Of a stretch of 64,000 nt of DNA, positions 1 to 11,948 are shown piece by piece (the stretch's first letter is position 1; every line of letters begins with the position of its first letter). The DNA comes from Octopus sinensis (lineage: Eukaryota). The stretch spans positions 52,266,001 through 52,330,000 of the forward strand of contig NC_042998.1 in the NCBI RefSeq assembly GCF_006345805.1, given 5' to 3'. Made by a program: the position numbers and the translations under genes. The notes below the pieces were generated by a model. It saw only the letters and a program-made list of their open reading frames with translations, ran no database searches and had not been told where the DNA came from.

Positions 1-78
1 AGGCTTAATGGTAATTCGTTGACTTTGCGTACGGAGTTCAGATTCTGCCGAGATCCACTTTGCTTTTTATCCCTTTAT

Positions 79-420
79 CCTCCTCCTCCTCCTCCTCATG
101 ATCATGATCATCATGATCATCATCATCATCATCATCACCATCATCACCATCATCACCATCACCACCATCATCATCATCATCATCACCATCACCATCATCA
201 TCATCATCATCATAATCATCATCATCATCATCATCATCACCATCACCATCATCATCATCATCATCATCTTCATCATCCTCATCATCATTTAACGTCCACT
301 CTCCATGTTGGCATGAGAGTGTAGTAGGTGCTTTTTATGTGTTACTGGTATGGGGGCCAGTCAGGCAGCATTGGCATTGACCATGCTCAAATGGTGCTTT
401 TTACATGCCACCGGCAGAGT
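79..420 (-). mobile_element. Internally deleted RTE-LINE 3' tail with expanded (GAT)n tail, seen as (CAT)n on +
   Basis: tttaacgtccactctccatg and gagtgtagtaggtgctttttatgtg match the reverse complement of the 3' end of the RTE copy at 10400-10585. Confidence 0.7.
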
Positions 421-434
421 AGTGCAGAGTAAGA

Positions 435-650
435 TGGCATGATGACTGAATTGTTAGCATGCCAGGCAAAAGGTTTAGCAGCATTTTGGTCATCTTTACC
501 TACTGAGTCCAAATTCTGCCTAGGTTGACTTTGCCTTTCCTCCTTTCAGGGTTGATAGAATAAGTACCAGTTGAGCACTGGGTTCAATGTAATCAACTTA
601 ACCCTTCTCTGAAATTACTGGCTTTTTTGCCAAAACTTGAAGCCAGTAGT
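435..650 (+). mobile_element. tRNA-derived SINE, family B (degraded)
   Basis: Core gttgactttgcctttc..cctttcagggttgatagaataagtaccagttgagcactggg, shared with many copies in the window. Confidence 0.8.
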
Positions 651-657
651 ACAAGGA

Positions 658-908
658 AGATAGTCTATCTCAAATCCCTGGGGAAACCAGAAGAGGACCT
701 GAAGTGATCAAAGGTGAAGGAATAAGAAGGATGTTGGGTATTTTGGTGGTCTCCCATGGAGTACAAGGCTGTTGATCGTCCTATATTTAGTTGTTGTTTC
801 TCATTTATTAACAAGGATTATACATAAACTCATTGTGTGCCCACTCCTTCATCTTTGATCCCTTCAGTTTCTCTTCTGGTTTCCCCAGTGATTCAAGATG
901 GACTATCT
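658..908. mobile_element. Foldback/MITE-like element with ~63-bp imperfect inverted arms
   Basis: 658-720 (agatagtctatctcaaatccctggggaaaccagaagag...) pairs with the reverse complement of 846-908. Confidence 0.7.
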
Positions 909-919
909 CCTTTATGCTA

Positions 920-1140
920 TTGGCCTCAAATATTGGCACATAGCCAGTAATTTCAGGGAGGCATTAAGTCGATTACATCAACCCCAGTGCTCAACTGGTA
1001 CATATTTTATCAACCTTAAAAGGATGAAAGTCAAAGTCAACCTTGACAGAATTTGAACTCAGAATGCAAAGTTGGATGGAATATTGCTAAGCATTTTGCC
1101 CGATGTGCTAATGATTCAGCCAACTTGCTACCTTATCTTC
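920..1140 (-). mobile_element. SINE family B
   Basis: Reverse complement of the family B core: accccagtgctcaactggtac...aaaggatgaaagtcaaagtcaacc...gaatttgaactcag. Confidence 0.8.
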
Positions 1141-1465
1141 CTTATACCATTAACAATCCTTTCATATTTTGCAAGTGTTACTCATTTTCACAATTGGTTT
1201 TGATCCCACGCAATCTTACAATATCAAGTAACAGCTGCTGCTAATATGTTGTTGATAGCCTACGCTGGCAAGCAGTCACTCTGTTCATCAAAGTTTCAGC
1301 CATTGGCATAAATCTGTAATGTGTTTTCAATATAGGTTATTACAAATGAATCCTTTCATATAAGCAATTTGTCCATTTAAGTTGAGGACTTCCATCTCTT
1401 GATGAATTTTCTTCGTTATATATATTCATCTCTTGATATTAAAATCATTAATATTCAACAATATA

Positions 1466-1885
1466 GGCGTAGGTGTGGCTGTTTGGTAAGTAGCTTGCTT
1501 ACCAACCACATGGTTCCGGGTTCAGTCCCACTGCATGGCACTTTGGGCAAATGTCTTCTACTATAACCTTGGGCTGACCAAAGCCTTGTGAGTGGATTTG
1601 GTAGACGGAAACTGAAAGAAGCCTGTCATATATATGTATATATGTATATATATGTATGTGTGTTTGTGTATATGTTTGTATGTCTGTGTTTGTCTCCCCA
1701 ACATCACTTGACAACCAATGCTGGTGTGTTTACATCCCCGTAACTTAGCGGTTCGGCAAAAGAGACCGATAGAATAAGTACTAGGCTTACAAAGAATAAG
1801 TCCTGTGGTCGATTTGCTAGACTAAAGGTGGTGCTCCAGCATGGCCACAGTCAAATAACTGAAACAAGTAAAAGAGTAAAAAAGT
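1466..1885 (+). mobile_element. Full-length tRNA-derived SINE, family A
   Basis: A-box-like tggctgtttggtaag, B-box-like ggttcagtccc, internal (TA)n/(TG)n tract, 3' end ccagcatggccacagtcaaataactgaaacaagtaaaagagtaaaa. Confidence 0.9.
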
Positions 1886-2137
1886 AATTGCAGATGTTGT
1901 ACTTGAGACCAAATTCTCTTTCTCCAGATGATTGTATGAGAACCATGATAGCTGAAATTTGCAATGGCATTTTTAAGTGTTATAATTCTTATTTGGAACA
2001 GTGGATTTCGAAGCAACTAAAACTATAAGTAATAGCATGTAAATATTGTGTAAAAAACCCCCACTTTTGATTGAAAAATTCAAAGATTGCTCACAAGACA
2101 CAAATCCACATCTGTAAACATGATCAACCTTTTATTA

Positions 2138-2336
2138 TTAACCTTTTAGCATCCAGATTACTCTGTCAAATTTAATGCTTATTTAATCACATTGTTTTGT
2201 ATTAAACATGTATTATCGTGTAGCTTTGAGATTTCAAAGATGTGATTGTTTATTTTTTGGACATTCCAGGGTTGATGTGAAAGACCACATAGAATATTTG
2301 AGCTGGATATGGTTGGTTTGAATGTTAAAGGGTTAA
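2138..2336 (+). mobile_element. TTAA-flanked ~200-bp MITE (piggyBac-like termini)
   Basis: ttaaccttttagcatcc...atgttaaagggttaa; homologous copies near 5240, 35195, 57230 and 58640. Confidence 0.75.
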
Positions 2337-3017
2337 GGCTGAATATCAAACCAGCAGCCTATTTTCTTATTGATTTACGACAAGTTTGAACTTCTGTGCT
2401 GTTAATTAATGTCCCTTCTTTTTTCAATTGTTTTGAATAGCTGAAGAACTTATAATTCTACAGAAGGTAATTTATTTACAATATCATTCCAACATATATG
2501 AATAAAAGTCATTTGTTTATCAATTTTGCAATTGAGCAGAACCTATTAATAATAAAGAAGAATCTGTTTCATGAATAAACAGTGAATGAGGTGTCAGAAT
2601 GGATAACAAAGCTACTGCAACACTGTCTTTCATTTTCTTAATTAAATCAGTAGATTGACTGATAAAGGAAAACATTGATATAGTTTAACTTCAAACGAGG
2701 GTGCATCATTTTCTGCAAAATTTTTAATCCTTTTTAATGATATACATTTAACTCAATGAAGCTTTAGAGTTCCTTGGGAAGTAGCAACAGTCAGTCAGGA
2801 TCTTGCAGTATTTTGCCATTTCTACAAATATGACTGAGGAATGATAACTCAGTTACATTTGAATTTATATTTCTTGGAGTTGGTGGCCATTAACATAAAC
2901 AATTCAAAACTGGAGGAGATTGGAGTGGAATGAAAGTTGGTGACAATGGTCTGATGATGAAAGCTGTAATGTATTGGCCCTGTTATCAGAGCCAGAACAT
3001 CTGTACCATAATTCCCA

Positions 3018-3228
3018 GGCATCTCTGGTAAGTTCACTGTCATCAATTCACTGCAAGGAAAGTTCACCGTTTTTTTGTTGTTTTTTTTTCAATAAAATAG
3101 CTTTTAACAATTAATGGTGAGATACTATGTATATATTTTCTTGGTAAACTTTCCTTGCGGTGAACTTTCCTTGCGGTGAACTTTCCCTGTGATGAATTGA
3201 TGGTATTGAACTTACCTGTAAGCATCCT
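3018..3228. mobile_element. Small foldback element with subterminal ggtgaactttccttgc repeats
   Basis: ggtaagttcactgtcatcaattcactgcaaggaaagttcaccg is inverted at cggtgaactttccctgtgatgaattgatggtattgaacttacc; motif tandemly repeated at 3143-3190. Confidence 0.65.
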
Positions 3229-3772
3229 TAGGAGATGGGCGAAAGGAAAATGGGTACATGGGTAAGAAACATGAAGATGGAGTAATGACATCAGAGACTG
3301 AACTGAGAGTACCCTGGTGGGGTATGGGCTGTAGCACAAGCTCACCATAGTAGTTGCATTGGAGGTACTCCACCTTTGACCCTGAAGATGGGCATATTCC
3401 TTTTTTTATTCAGAGTTGAGTGAGAGCTTTACTTCTTGGGCACTTGAATGAAAAAATGACAAATTTTTCTTGTGGCTCCTTTTATTTTCCCCACATATCA
3501 CCAACACATCAAAATAATGAACTATTCTTATTAAATTCTTAATTTCTCTCATTATTCTGCTGAAATCACAATTCTATTTGTAACTAAAAACTGATCATGT
3601 AAATTGATATAATTCCTTGATTCAAAAATTGTAAAATGTCGGTCTCAGAGAGGCTGGGTCACTTAACATCACATTGAACAAATGGCTGGCTGTACTGAAC
3701 TGATAATTTCTTTGAAGTTAGCCTAAAATCTCACAAATTACAATGTAAGATACATTTAGCTGTGTATATCTA

Positions 3773-4000
3773 TTAACCCTTTAGTTACTGTATTTATTTT
3801 GAGACGCTCTGTGTTTCTTTCAATTACTTTAACTATAACAAAGAATTTAGTAAAATAACTTGGTTATCAGTTAGCTAGTGTTAGGAACAGAAATTGTGAC
3901 TAAGGTTTGGTAGAAGGTTTTAAATCACAACTTATGAAAACAAGACACTTGTACTCAGAGCCAGAGCCGGTTTCAGCTGGGTTGGTAATAAAAGGGTTAA
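3773..4000. mobile_element. TTAA-flanked MITE, second family
   Basis: Ends ttaaccctttagttac...gtaataaaagggttaa. Confidence 0.7.
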
Positions 4001-4702
4001 TAGTAGATGTATAGCTAACCACTAAATTCTTTTTGTAAAAGTTCACAACCTGTGAACTCCATGAGAACTTTGAAGGGTAGTTAAAAACCTTACCTAGCAG
4101 TTTATTATTTTCAACTTCAATGAATTTGTAGTGTTTATAAGTGCGATTCCAAGAGGAACAATGTGTAGCTATAGCTTCCACAAAAATTCTTAATCCTGAG
4201 ACAGTGAATGCTCAAAGTTTTGAAAGTTTGTTAAATAAACTATTAAATTTCAGATCAACAGATGCATTGGACTCAGTTAAGGGAAGAGTTTATCTTTGAA
4301 AGTCAGTCTGATGTGATTGAAATTGTGATAATGCAAGGGTTACAAAAATGGTAGCATGAAATATTCCAAGAACAGCAAAATTTTATTCCAATCTTTATAA
4401 TTCTCTTTCAAATTACATTAATTGTATTTTCATCTACAGATTGTGTCTTTGGAGAAGATTTGGAGGAAGATTCTATTGTTTACAAATATTACAAATCAAA
4501 GATAGTTCATTATCGCTATCAAGAATCCATCATTGATTGTGTGGATTTGAAGAACTCAAGAGAAATATTTGATGGGATGACTCTGCCCATACTATTAGTT
4601 TTTGACATACCTTTGCAAATATTTACTACATAACTAGCATCTTTTACTTAAGTCATTGTTTATCAACCACAGGGTATCTTTTGTGATCATGGTATCAATT
4701 CA

Positions 4703-4945
4703 TAAGGCAACAAACTGGCAGAAACGTTAGCAAGCTGGGCGAAATGCTTAGCGGTATTTCATCTGCCGCTACGTTCTGAGTTCAAATTCTGCTGAGGTCG
4801 ACTTTGCCTTTCATCCTTTCGGGGTCGATTAAATAAGTACCAGTCATGCACTGGGGTCAATATAATCGACTTAATCCGTTTGTCTGTCCTAGTTTGTCCG
4901 CTGTGTGTTTAGCTCCTTGTGGGTAGTAAAGAAATAGGTATTAAT
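4703..4945 (+). mobile_element. SINE family B (first-half monomer)
   Basis: ctggcagaaacgttag...gagttcaaattc...gtcgactttgcctttcatcctttcggggtcg...ttgtgggtagtaaagaaataggtatt. Confidence 0.9.
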
Positions 4946-5237
4946 TCATAACAAAATCAAAAACGATTTCACCACAGTAGCAAAACAAAGATTGTAATCA
5001 TTCATAATAATGCTGTCCATAAGGCTAAGAGAGAACTTTAGTTTGCAGAAATGGCATCTTGTAACATAATGGTTTCCTCAGTTTTACAAAATAAGTTAAA
5101 ACTAAGGTAAACTACCTTTTGATTGGTTTCTCTTAGTCTTTGGCATGATGCATCTCTAATGGTCTCTTCCACAAATAGTATAGAAATTTTATATTTTGAA
5201 ATTTGTCAAAGAGAATTAACAAACCTTTTAGCAATTA

Positions 5238-5445
5238 AGCTCGCCATATCTGGCCCAAATGGTTTACCTGTTTTATGTTCGAAGCAGCCGGCTATGGCTT
5301 CTCACATGTTCCCTACAATGTCATTCTAAAAATAAACAAACATTGAAATCTTAAAACTACAAGATTAAACATTATTATTTCAAAACAATGTGAGTAAATA
5401 AACATTGCATTTAACAGAATAATCTGAATGCTGAAAAGTTGTAAA
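5238..5445 (-). mobile_element. TTAA-type MITE (family of 2138-2336)
   Basis: gccatatctggccc...acaatgtcattctaaaaataaac...aataatctgaatgctgaaaagttg is the reverse complement of that family. Confidence 0.65.
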
Positions 5446-7699
5446 ATGTTGAGACTGTTGCTTCAATGAATATAGTCTAATTCATCTACTTAGTATATAA
5501 TTTGCTGCTGGTAAATTTAGAAGCAATGCAAGTTTTTGTGCTTAAACAGTACATGAAGACATCTTCCCTGTCCTTTTCTTACTTTCAAGCCACTCTTTTT
5601 AATCATTGCAACTAGTTATCCTCCCAGACTTAATAGAAATAATTCCAATGTCTCGTTCTTATTTGGTTTCATAAGATATCTTTCAACTTAATTTAGAAAT
5701 TTATCAGAAACCTTTGCAGCATTATTATCTTTTAATATGGGAGAGATGATTCTTATTGATTACAGATGATTATAGTAACTTCCAAAGTGTTAAAATTGTT
5801 ATAATCCATAATTTCAAGCAGTCAATATCCAACCATAGAGGAACTTCATGTTCTTCAGAAGTTCTCAGTTAATGGAGTTGTTTATCTGTCTTTTATAATA
5901 AATTGCAAACTGATTTAGTACATATGAGCGTGGGATTCTAGTGATCTCACATAATTCTGCTATTAATTAATAACATAAAAATATAAGACATTTGTTTTGT
6001 TTGATAAAAATACACTTGGCATTTTAAATAATTCATACTCCTATTTCATCCAAACCACTTAGTTCACTTAATTAAAAATGATTTTTACAGCAGTCTCAGC
6101 TCATAAATAAAAACTAATTATATTTAATGCTGAAAATGGATATTAATAAGATCATTTTTTCCCAGCATAATTCTTTTCTTTGTTTCAGATAATGCTTAAA
6201 TTTTTTTTTTTTTATGGATAAAATTGATTTAATATATTAAGTAACACTTGGTTGAATTTAGCAGTCACAGACTGTAGTTGATAATCATGAGAGAATATTC
6301 TAGAATGGAAAGAAAAATAATCCTTGTATGGCTAACGCATTTTCTGTCTATGAACTAGTTAGAGCAGCTGATGGTTGATATGAAACTGTTGTATAGACAA
6401 TGTAGATGAGACAACTGAAAAAAACAGCATAATAGCACAATATTTTGCTCTAAATAGATGATGGTATCTAGTCACCAACTCTTTGTCTGCCAAAGTTTTA
6501 TTAATTTTAAAGATTTTCTTATCTCATTTCTTCAAGTCTTACTGAAGAAACCTGTCTGTCTAAACCTAATAGAGTTCAGCAGATTTTGTCTGAATTGACT
6601 GGCCTCCCTGACAATGTCTGACTTAATCAACACTCTCTGACAATGGTATTAGTCTTGTTGATGATGTGTATCCACATGAAAATAGTGCACATTCGTCTGC
6701 AAACCTTGTTGATGAGGATTCAGATGGAGACGAACCAAAATCCAATTCTAAATCCAAATACCATCAATAGATATATTGATCCATTTCACCATTCATTAGG
6801 CTAAAATAAGCACAATGAAAAAAAATGACAGAATCTTATATTTGTTAATCAAAAAGTCTTCCAAAAAACTTTCTATTGTTGAAGAATTGCAGTAAATGGA
6901 GAAATGAGTTCCATTGGTTAAAATATTGCTCAGAAAATGATGGAACATGTTGTGTACATGGTGCTGTATTCTATGATTATTTATTGGTTGCTACACCTGT
7001 ATATTTGTTCATGTTTCATTTTTTCAATGATTGCCTGAGATGAGAAACATGGTATCACTAACATCCATGAAAAAGGCATCAAGTAGTAAATAAATGGAAT
7101 TCACAGTGTATAAATTCTTCATGAAACTGATGAAAATTGGAGATTCCATATCATTAATTTATCAAAAAAAAATAAACATACCCCCACCCCCAAAAAACCA
7201 CAGAAACAGTGCTCTCAATATTTAACAAAATTATTCAAGTTACCAAAGTGAATGTACAGTTGTGCAGATTATGAGACAGAAAAACACAGGGGTTTAAGTG
7301 ATTTTCAGTATTTCATTGGGTGGAAAACCAAGTTTGATCCCATTTTAAGAAAATATTTGGAGAAATATAAAAAAAAATATTCCACATATCAATCACCACA
7401 TTGCAAAATATAGTTATCTATTACTGTACATAAGAAATTAAGTCATTATATTAGCAGTTGGCCTGAACATAAAAAATACCATATGACAGTTATCTATGTA
7501 CATCTGATACGTTTGCAAAGAAAAAAATGTTAAATATTTTCTGGGGTTTGTGGAAGTTGTCCAAACTAATGCAAAATTAATAGCAAATACAATTGCATAA
7601 AATCCAGACAAGTTATATAGACAAGGATACAATGGCTGCTTTACAGTAACTGTAGGATATAGAAGAAAATCCATATTTTTTAATACTCAAAAGCAAGGC

Positions 7700-7870
7700 A
7701 TGAGCATGGCTATGTAGTCAGGAAGCTTGCTTCCTAGCTACATGGTTTCAGGTTCAGTCCCACTGCACAGCACCTTGGGAAAGTATCTTCTGCTATAGCC
7801 TCAGACTGACCGAAGCTTTGTAATTAAATTTGGTAGGCCTGCTGTGTGTATACATGTGTGTGTAAGCGCT
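7700..7870 (+). mobile_element. SINE family A, 5' half
   Basis: ggcatgagcatggctatgtagtcaggaagcttgcttcc...ggttcagtcccactgc...aaatttggtag. Confidence 0.75.
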
Positions 7871-8364
7871 TGTGCTTCCTAACTATTGCTCCTATTCACT
7901 GAAATTAGTGATAAGGTACATCCTGCCAGGGACACAATGACTGTGTGGATAAGATTATCATGATCATGGTTTCTTTTGGAATATGATTTAATTAACTTGC
8001 CCCCTCTCCTGAATTTATTGGCTTTTTGTCAAAATTTGAAGCCAATATTTCTCTACATAGTGGTATTGCTTTTTGCTTATGTTAAAATTTGAGATGTCAT
8101 TTGATTGAATTTGCAGGAAACTATATGCTGAACTTGTAGAATAGTTAGTGTAGAACCTTTACTTATAGCACGAGTACAATGAAACTGATAAAGTGTAGAA
8201 AATATTTCAGCAATAATATTCTTCAGTATTAATTGCTTAGGATATTTGATATCTGACTGGCTGCCATTTCATTGACTATTTATGGACACCATGTTAATTC
8301 TTTTGCAACTATTTTTGCCCAGTTATTAATATCATGAAACAGAATAGTCATGTCTTTGGTCTAC

Positions 8365-8780
8365 TTAAACTGATATTGATTCTTGTACTTGATTATTAAC
8401 CATCTTACTAACAATAACTCTGAGCACCTTTTCAAACTCCACCTGTCTAACGCCCGGGGACATGTTTACAAAGTCAGAAAACAGCACAGCTCCCATGACT
8501 TTCAGAAGCTAAGAGTTGCTGAAGTATGGAACAAACTGCCAGCATCAGTTGTTAGTTGTTGGAGCACTGCACCCTTCAAAACTTCCATGCTTCCTGAGAT
8601 TCGCCGACACAATACCTGATTTTCTCCCCTCCATACACATGCAAGCATGTATCTGACTCATACACTGTTCACTTCCCAGACATTTGTACATTACTGCATA
8701 TACTTTATACACACTTTTGACAAGTTGTGGGGCACCTGAGCACTGTATACAATAATTTCATTATTATTATTTTATTATGC
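8365..8780 (+). mobile_element. CR1-type LINE 3' end (RT C-terminus, 3'UTR and (ATT)n tail)
   Basis: Translation ARGHVYKVRKQHSSHDFQKLRVAEVWNKLPASVV...FK matches the CR1 TRGH..K..R....WN.LP..VV..FK motif; short ATT tail at 8760-8777. Confidence 0.8.
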
Positions 8781-9034
8781 ACAATTTCTTAATAATACTG
8801 AATATTCTGTTAAACTACCAGTAATGGTTGACTAAATCCAAGTAAAACCTAAATGACAACCAGTGCGAATAACATGTCTTTTCATAATATTCTTTATGTT
8901 TAGCATTGTCCAAAAGAAACTTTGATAAACTTATCAGAATAGCTATGGCATACTTGAAGGAAGGTCTATTTTTGTAGCTTTTAACGATCACTTTTGTAGT
9001 TGATGGGAGTGAGAGTGCACAAAATATTTTGTAC

Positions 9035-10585
9035 CTAGATATAGCAGAATCACTACCGGAACTAGAAAAGAAATTTCGGGTGTGGAAGCAAGGGTTAGAA
9101 TCAAAGGGCCTTAGAGTAAATGTAGCGAAGACCAAAGTTATAGTAAGCAGAAAGGCGAACTCAGCACACACACACCCTCGGGCAGGTGACCCTGCTCGAT
9201 CTGTAGGAAAGGTGTAGGTAGAAACTCCATAAGATGCACCCAATGTAAGCTATGGACGCATAAGAGGTGCAGCAACATCATAGGGAAATTAACTGATAAG
9301 ATAGCTTTCATGTGCGGCAGATGCACAGGGACAATAGACACCACAGACACTCAGAAAACAGATTCCATTACACTCCAGGGGGGAGAAACTAGAAGTAATT
9401 GATAGTTTTCGCTACCTGGGTGACCAAGTTAGTAGTGGAGGTGGATGCTCAGAGAGTATCACCACTGGAATACGAATAGCCTGGGCAAAGTTCAGAAAGC
9501 TCCTACCCCTACTGGCGACAAAGAGTCTCTCACTCAGAGTGAAAGGTAGATTGTATGATGCATGTGTGTGAACTGCCATGCTTCATGGTAGTGAAACATA
9601 GGCTGTGACTGCAGAGGACATGCGTAGACTTGAAAGAAATGAAGCTAGCATGATCCGCTGGATGTGTAATGTCAGTGTGCACACACGACAGAGGGTAAGC
9701 ACCCTGAGAGAAATGCTGGACATAAGAAGCATCAGATGTGGTGTGCAAGAGCAACGCTTGCGATGGTATGGTCATGTACTGCGGATGGATGAGGAGAGAT
9801 GTGTGAAAAAGTGCCACTCCCAGACAGTTGAAGGTATCAGGGGGAGAGGTAGACCCAGGAAGACATGGGATGAGGTAGTCAAGCATGACCTCAGAGCATT
9901 GGGCCTCACTGAGGCAATGGCGAAGGACCGAGATCTCTGGAGATATGCTGTGACTGCAAAGACCCGGGCTGCTTCCTGCACCAGTTCCGCATAGCCCCTG
10001 CCCATTCAAAGCACCCTGGATTCCAGAACGTCCTGCTGTGCTTGAGGAGACCTGTTGAGTCAAGTACATGAACATGAACATCGAAATAAATATCAATGGA
10101 AATAGTAGTTGTGATACCTGTGCCGGTGGCACATAAAAAGCACCATCTGAACGTGGCCATTGCCAGCGCTGCCTCGACTGGCTTCTGTGCCGGTAGCACA
10201 TAAAAAGCATCATCTGAATGTGGCCGATGCCAGCGCCGCCTCGACTGGCTTCTGTGCCGGTGGCACATAAAAAGCACCATCCGAATGTGGCTGTTGCCCG
10301 CGTCGCCTTGGCTGGCTTCCGTGCCAGTGGCACGTTAAAAGCTCCAACCGATCGTGGCCGATGCCGGACCCCCCCTGGCACCTGTGCAGGTGGCACGTAA
10401 AAAGCACCCACTACACTCGCGGAGTGGTTGGCGTTAGGAAGGGCATCCAGCTGTAGAAACTCTGCCAGATCAGATTGGAGCCTGGTGCAGCCCCTGGCTT
10501 CCCAGACCCCGGTCGAACCGTCCAACCCGTGCTAGCACGGAAAATGGATGTTTAATGATGATGATGATGATGATGATGATGATAT
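9035..10585 (+). mobile_element. 5'-truncated RTE-clade LINE: broken RT C-terminus, 3'UTR with 67-bp tandem repeats and (GAT)n tail
   Basis: Translations WKQGLESKGLRVNVAKTKVI, F(R)YLGD and MRRLERNEASMIRWMC..LRWYGHVLRM..RGRGRPRKTW..DRDLWRYAV; frameshifts and stops present. Confidence 0.92.
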
Positions 10586-11521
10586 ACAGTTTAGATTATT
10601 TTTCTAAATTCTGCTTTTCTGTTTACTTTCACACTCATGGAAGAGAAAACATCATATCTCTGTTTGCATAATTTGTCAACTGACATCCCTGAATCTTTAA
10701 GATTCTTGTCAACTGCATATAATATTGATTCCACACCATAAACTTTATGTAAAGCTCACACTACAAGTTGGCAAAGTCTAAACAAAACCAGACTGATTTT
10801 CAGTCAGACTAACATAAAAATTTCATCAAGGAATGAATATATGAAACAGAAACACTACATAATTGGCTATTTGGCTAAAAAGTCATCTCATATCACTAAT
10901 ATATCTTTGTATCATAAGTGATTGTCCAAGAGGAATGTCTGACCCAGAAAGCTCCTTGGTTTCAGAAAGTGCAGATGTGGTTGAAATAAATAATTTCTAA
11001 CTTCATATATTAAGTCAAAATGGAATGCTTTATTGTTATTCTTGCTATTTTGTAGAAAACCATTCATAATATGCTCAACTGATACTTCATTTTATCAACC
11101 CCTAAAGGATGATAGGCAATGTTTGCCTCAGCAGAACTTGAACTCCTGTAGTGAAGATATTAAACAGTCCCACAGCGTGGCACCTTGGGGAAGTGTCTTC
11201 TACTATAGCCTCGGGCTAACCAAAGCCTTGTATATGAATTTGGTAGACAGAAACTGAAAGAAGCTCATCGTATATATGTATATATATATATACATATATA
11301 TATATACAAATAGATGAGTGTATTTTACCTTGTTAACAATTAACACGGAAAAATAAATAAATAGTTACCAGGGCAGCAAAAATCTCACAAGTAAAGATGT
11401 TGTAACTCCTTGTTTATAAAGGTTGAAACTTTGTGTTTGCGTTGAATATTAATAGCGTTCTGTCTATCGCTATACGAATCCATCATTTTTTGCTAAAATG
11501 TTGTATTGACGAGTTTCGTTT

Positions 11522-11616
11522 TTTCACTTTCCCGAAGAGAAGATTGCATTGTTTATATCTTTTATTCTTTTGAATAAGTATCAGTGGAATTTTCGAAACA
11601 TATGTAGAAAGTAAAA
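11522..11616 (+). ncRNA. Type I hammerhead ribozyme motif (variant core CCGAAGA, GUA triplet) in a ~350-bp Penelope/retrozyme-like element at ~11300-11655
   Basis: Stem I TTTCACTTTC/GAAAGTAAAA; core CCGAAGA 11532-38; 13-bp stem II with one mismatch; GAAAC-ATAT-GTA 11595-11606. Confidence 0.7.
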
Positions 11617-11693
11617 TATTTGTTTAAACCTGCGTTAACTCCATTTTTTATTCATATATATATATACATATATATATACATATATATATATAT

Positions 11694-11853
11694 ACACTCT
11701 CGGAGTGGTTGGCGTTAGGAAGGGCATCCAGCTGTAGAAACACTGCCAGATCTGACTGGACTGGTGCAGCTTTCGGGCTCCCCAGACCCCAGTTGAACCG
11801 TCCAACCCATGCTAGCATGGAAAGCGGACGTTAAATGATGATGATGATGATGA

Positions 11854-11855
<2 letters not shown>
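11694..11855 (+). mobile_element. RTE 3' tail fragment
   Basis: cactctcggagtggttggcgttaggaagggcatccagctgtag...gcggacgttaaatgatgatg. Confidence 0.85.

Positions 11856-11948
<93 letters not shown>

Noticed and set aside
19-324. Poly-His/Met/Ile ORFs, and similar ORFs at 16012-16903, 17264-17900, 21669-22345, 42775-43617 and 46234-46621
   Set aside because: Translations of (CAT)n, (ATT)n and (TA/TG)n microsatellites, open in several frames, with no splice or domain support
1466-1560. tRNA gene
   Set aside because: A- and B-box-like motifs belong to the SINE head; no cloverleaf, and the sequence continues into the SINE body
2902-3030. Frame IQNWRRLEWNESW*QWSDDESC..ASL|gtaagt as a possible selenoprotein exon
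   Set aside because: No acceptor, no recognisable family, no SECIS seen, and the donor lies in the arm of the 3018-3228 foldback element
6540-7335. Possible piggyBac transposase relic (acidic LVDEDSDGDE motif)
   Set aside because: Only one short motif; no catalytic-domain motifs or clear TIRs could be read
10120-10400. CRISPR-like appearance of the 67-bp and 54-bp repeats (also 61400-61560)
   Set aside because: Contiguous tandem units with no unique spacers, no cas genes, eukaryotic LINE context
9530-10525. 331-aa minus-strand ORF (longest in the track)
   Set aside because: Antisense reading of the RTE RT end and its 67-bp repeat 3'UTR
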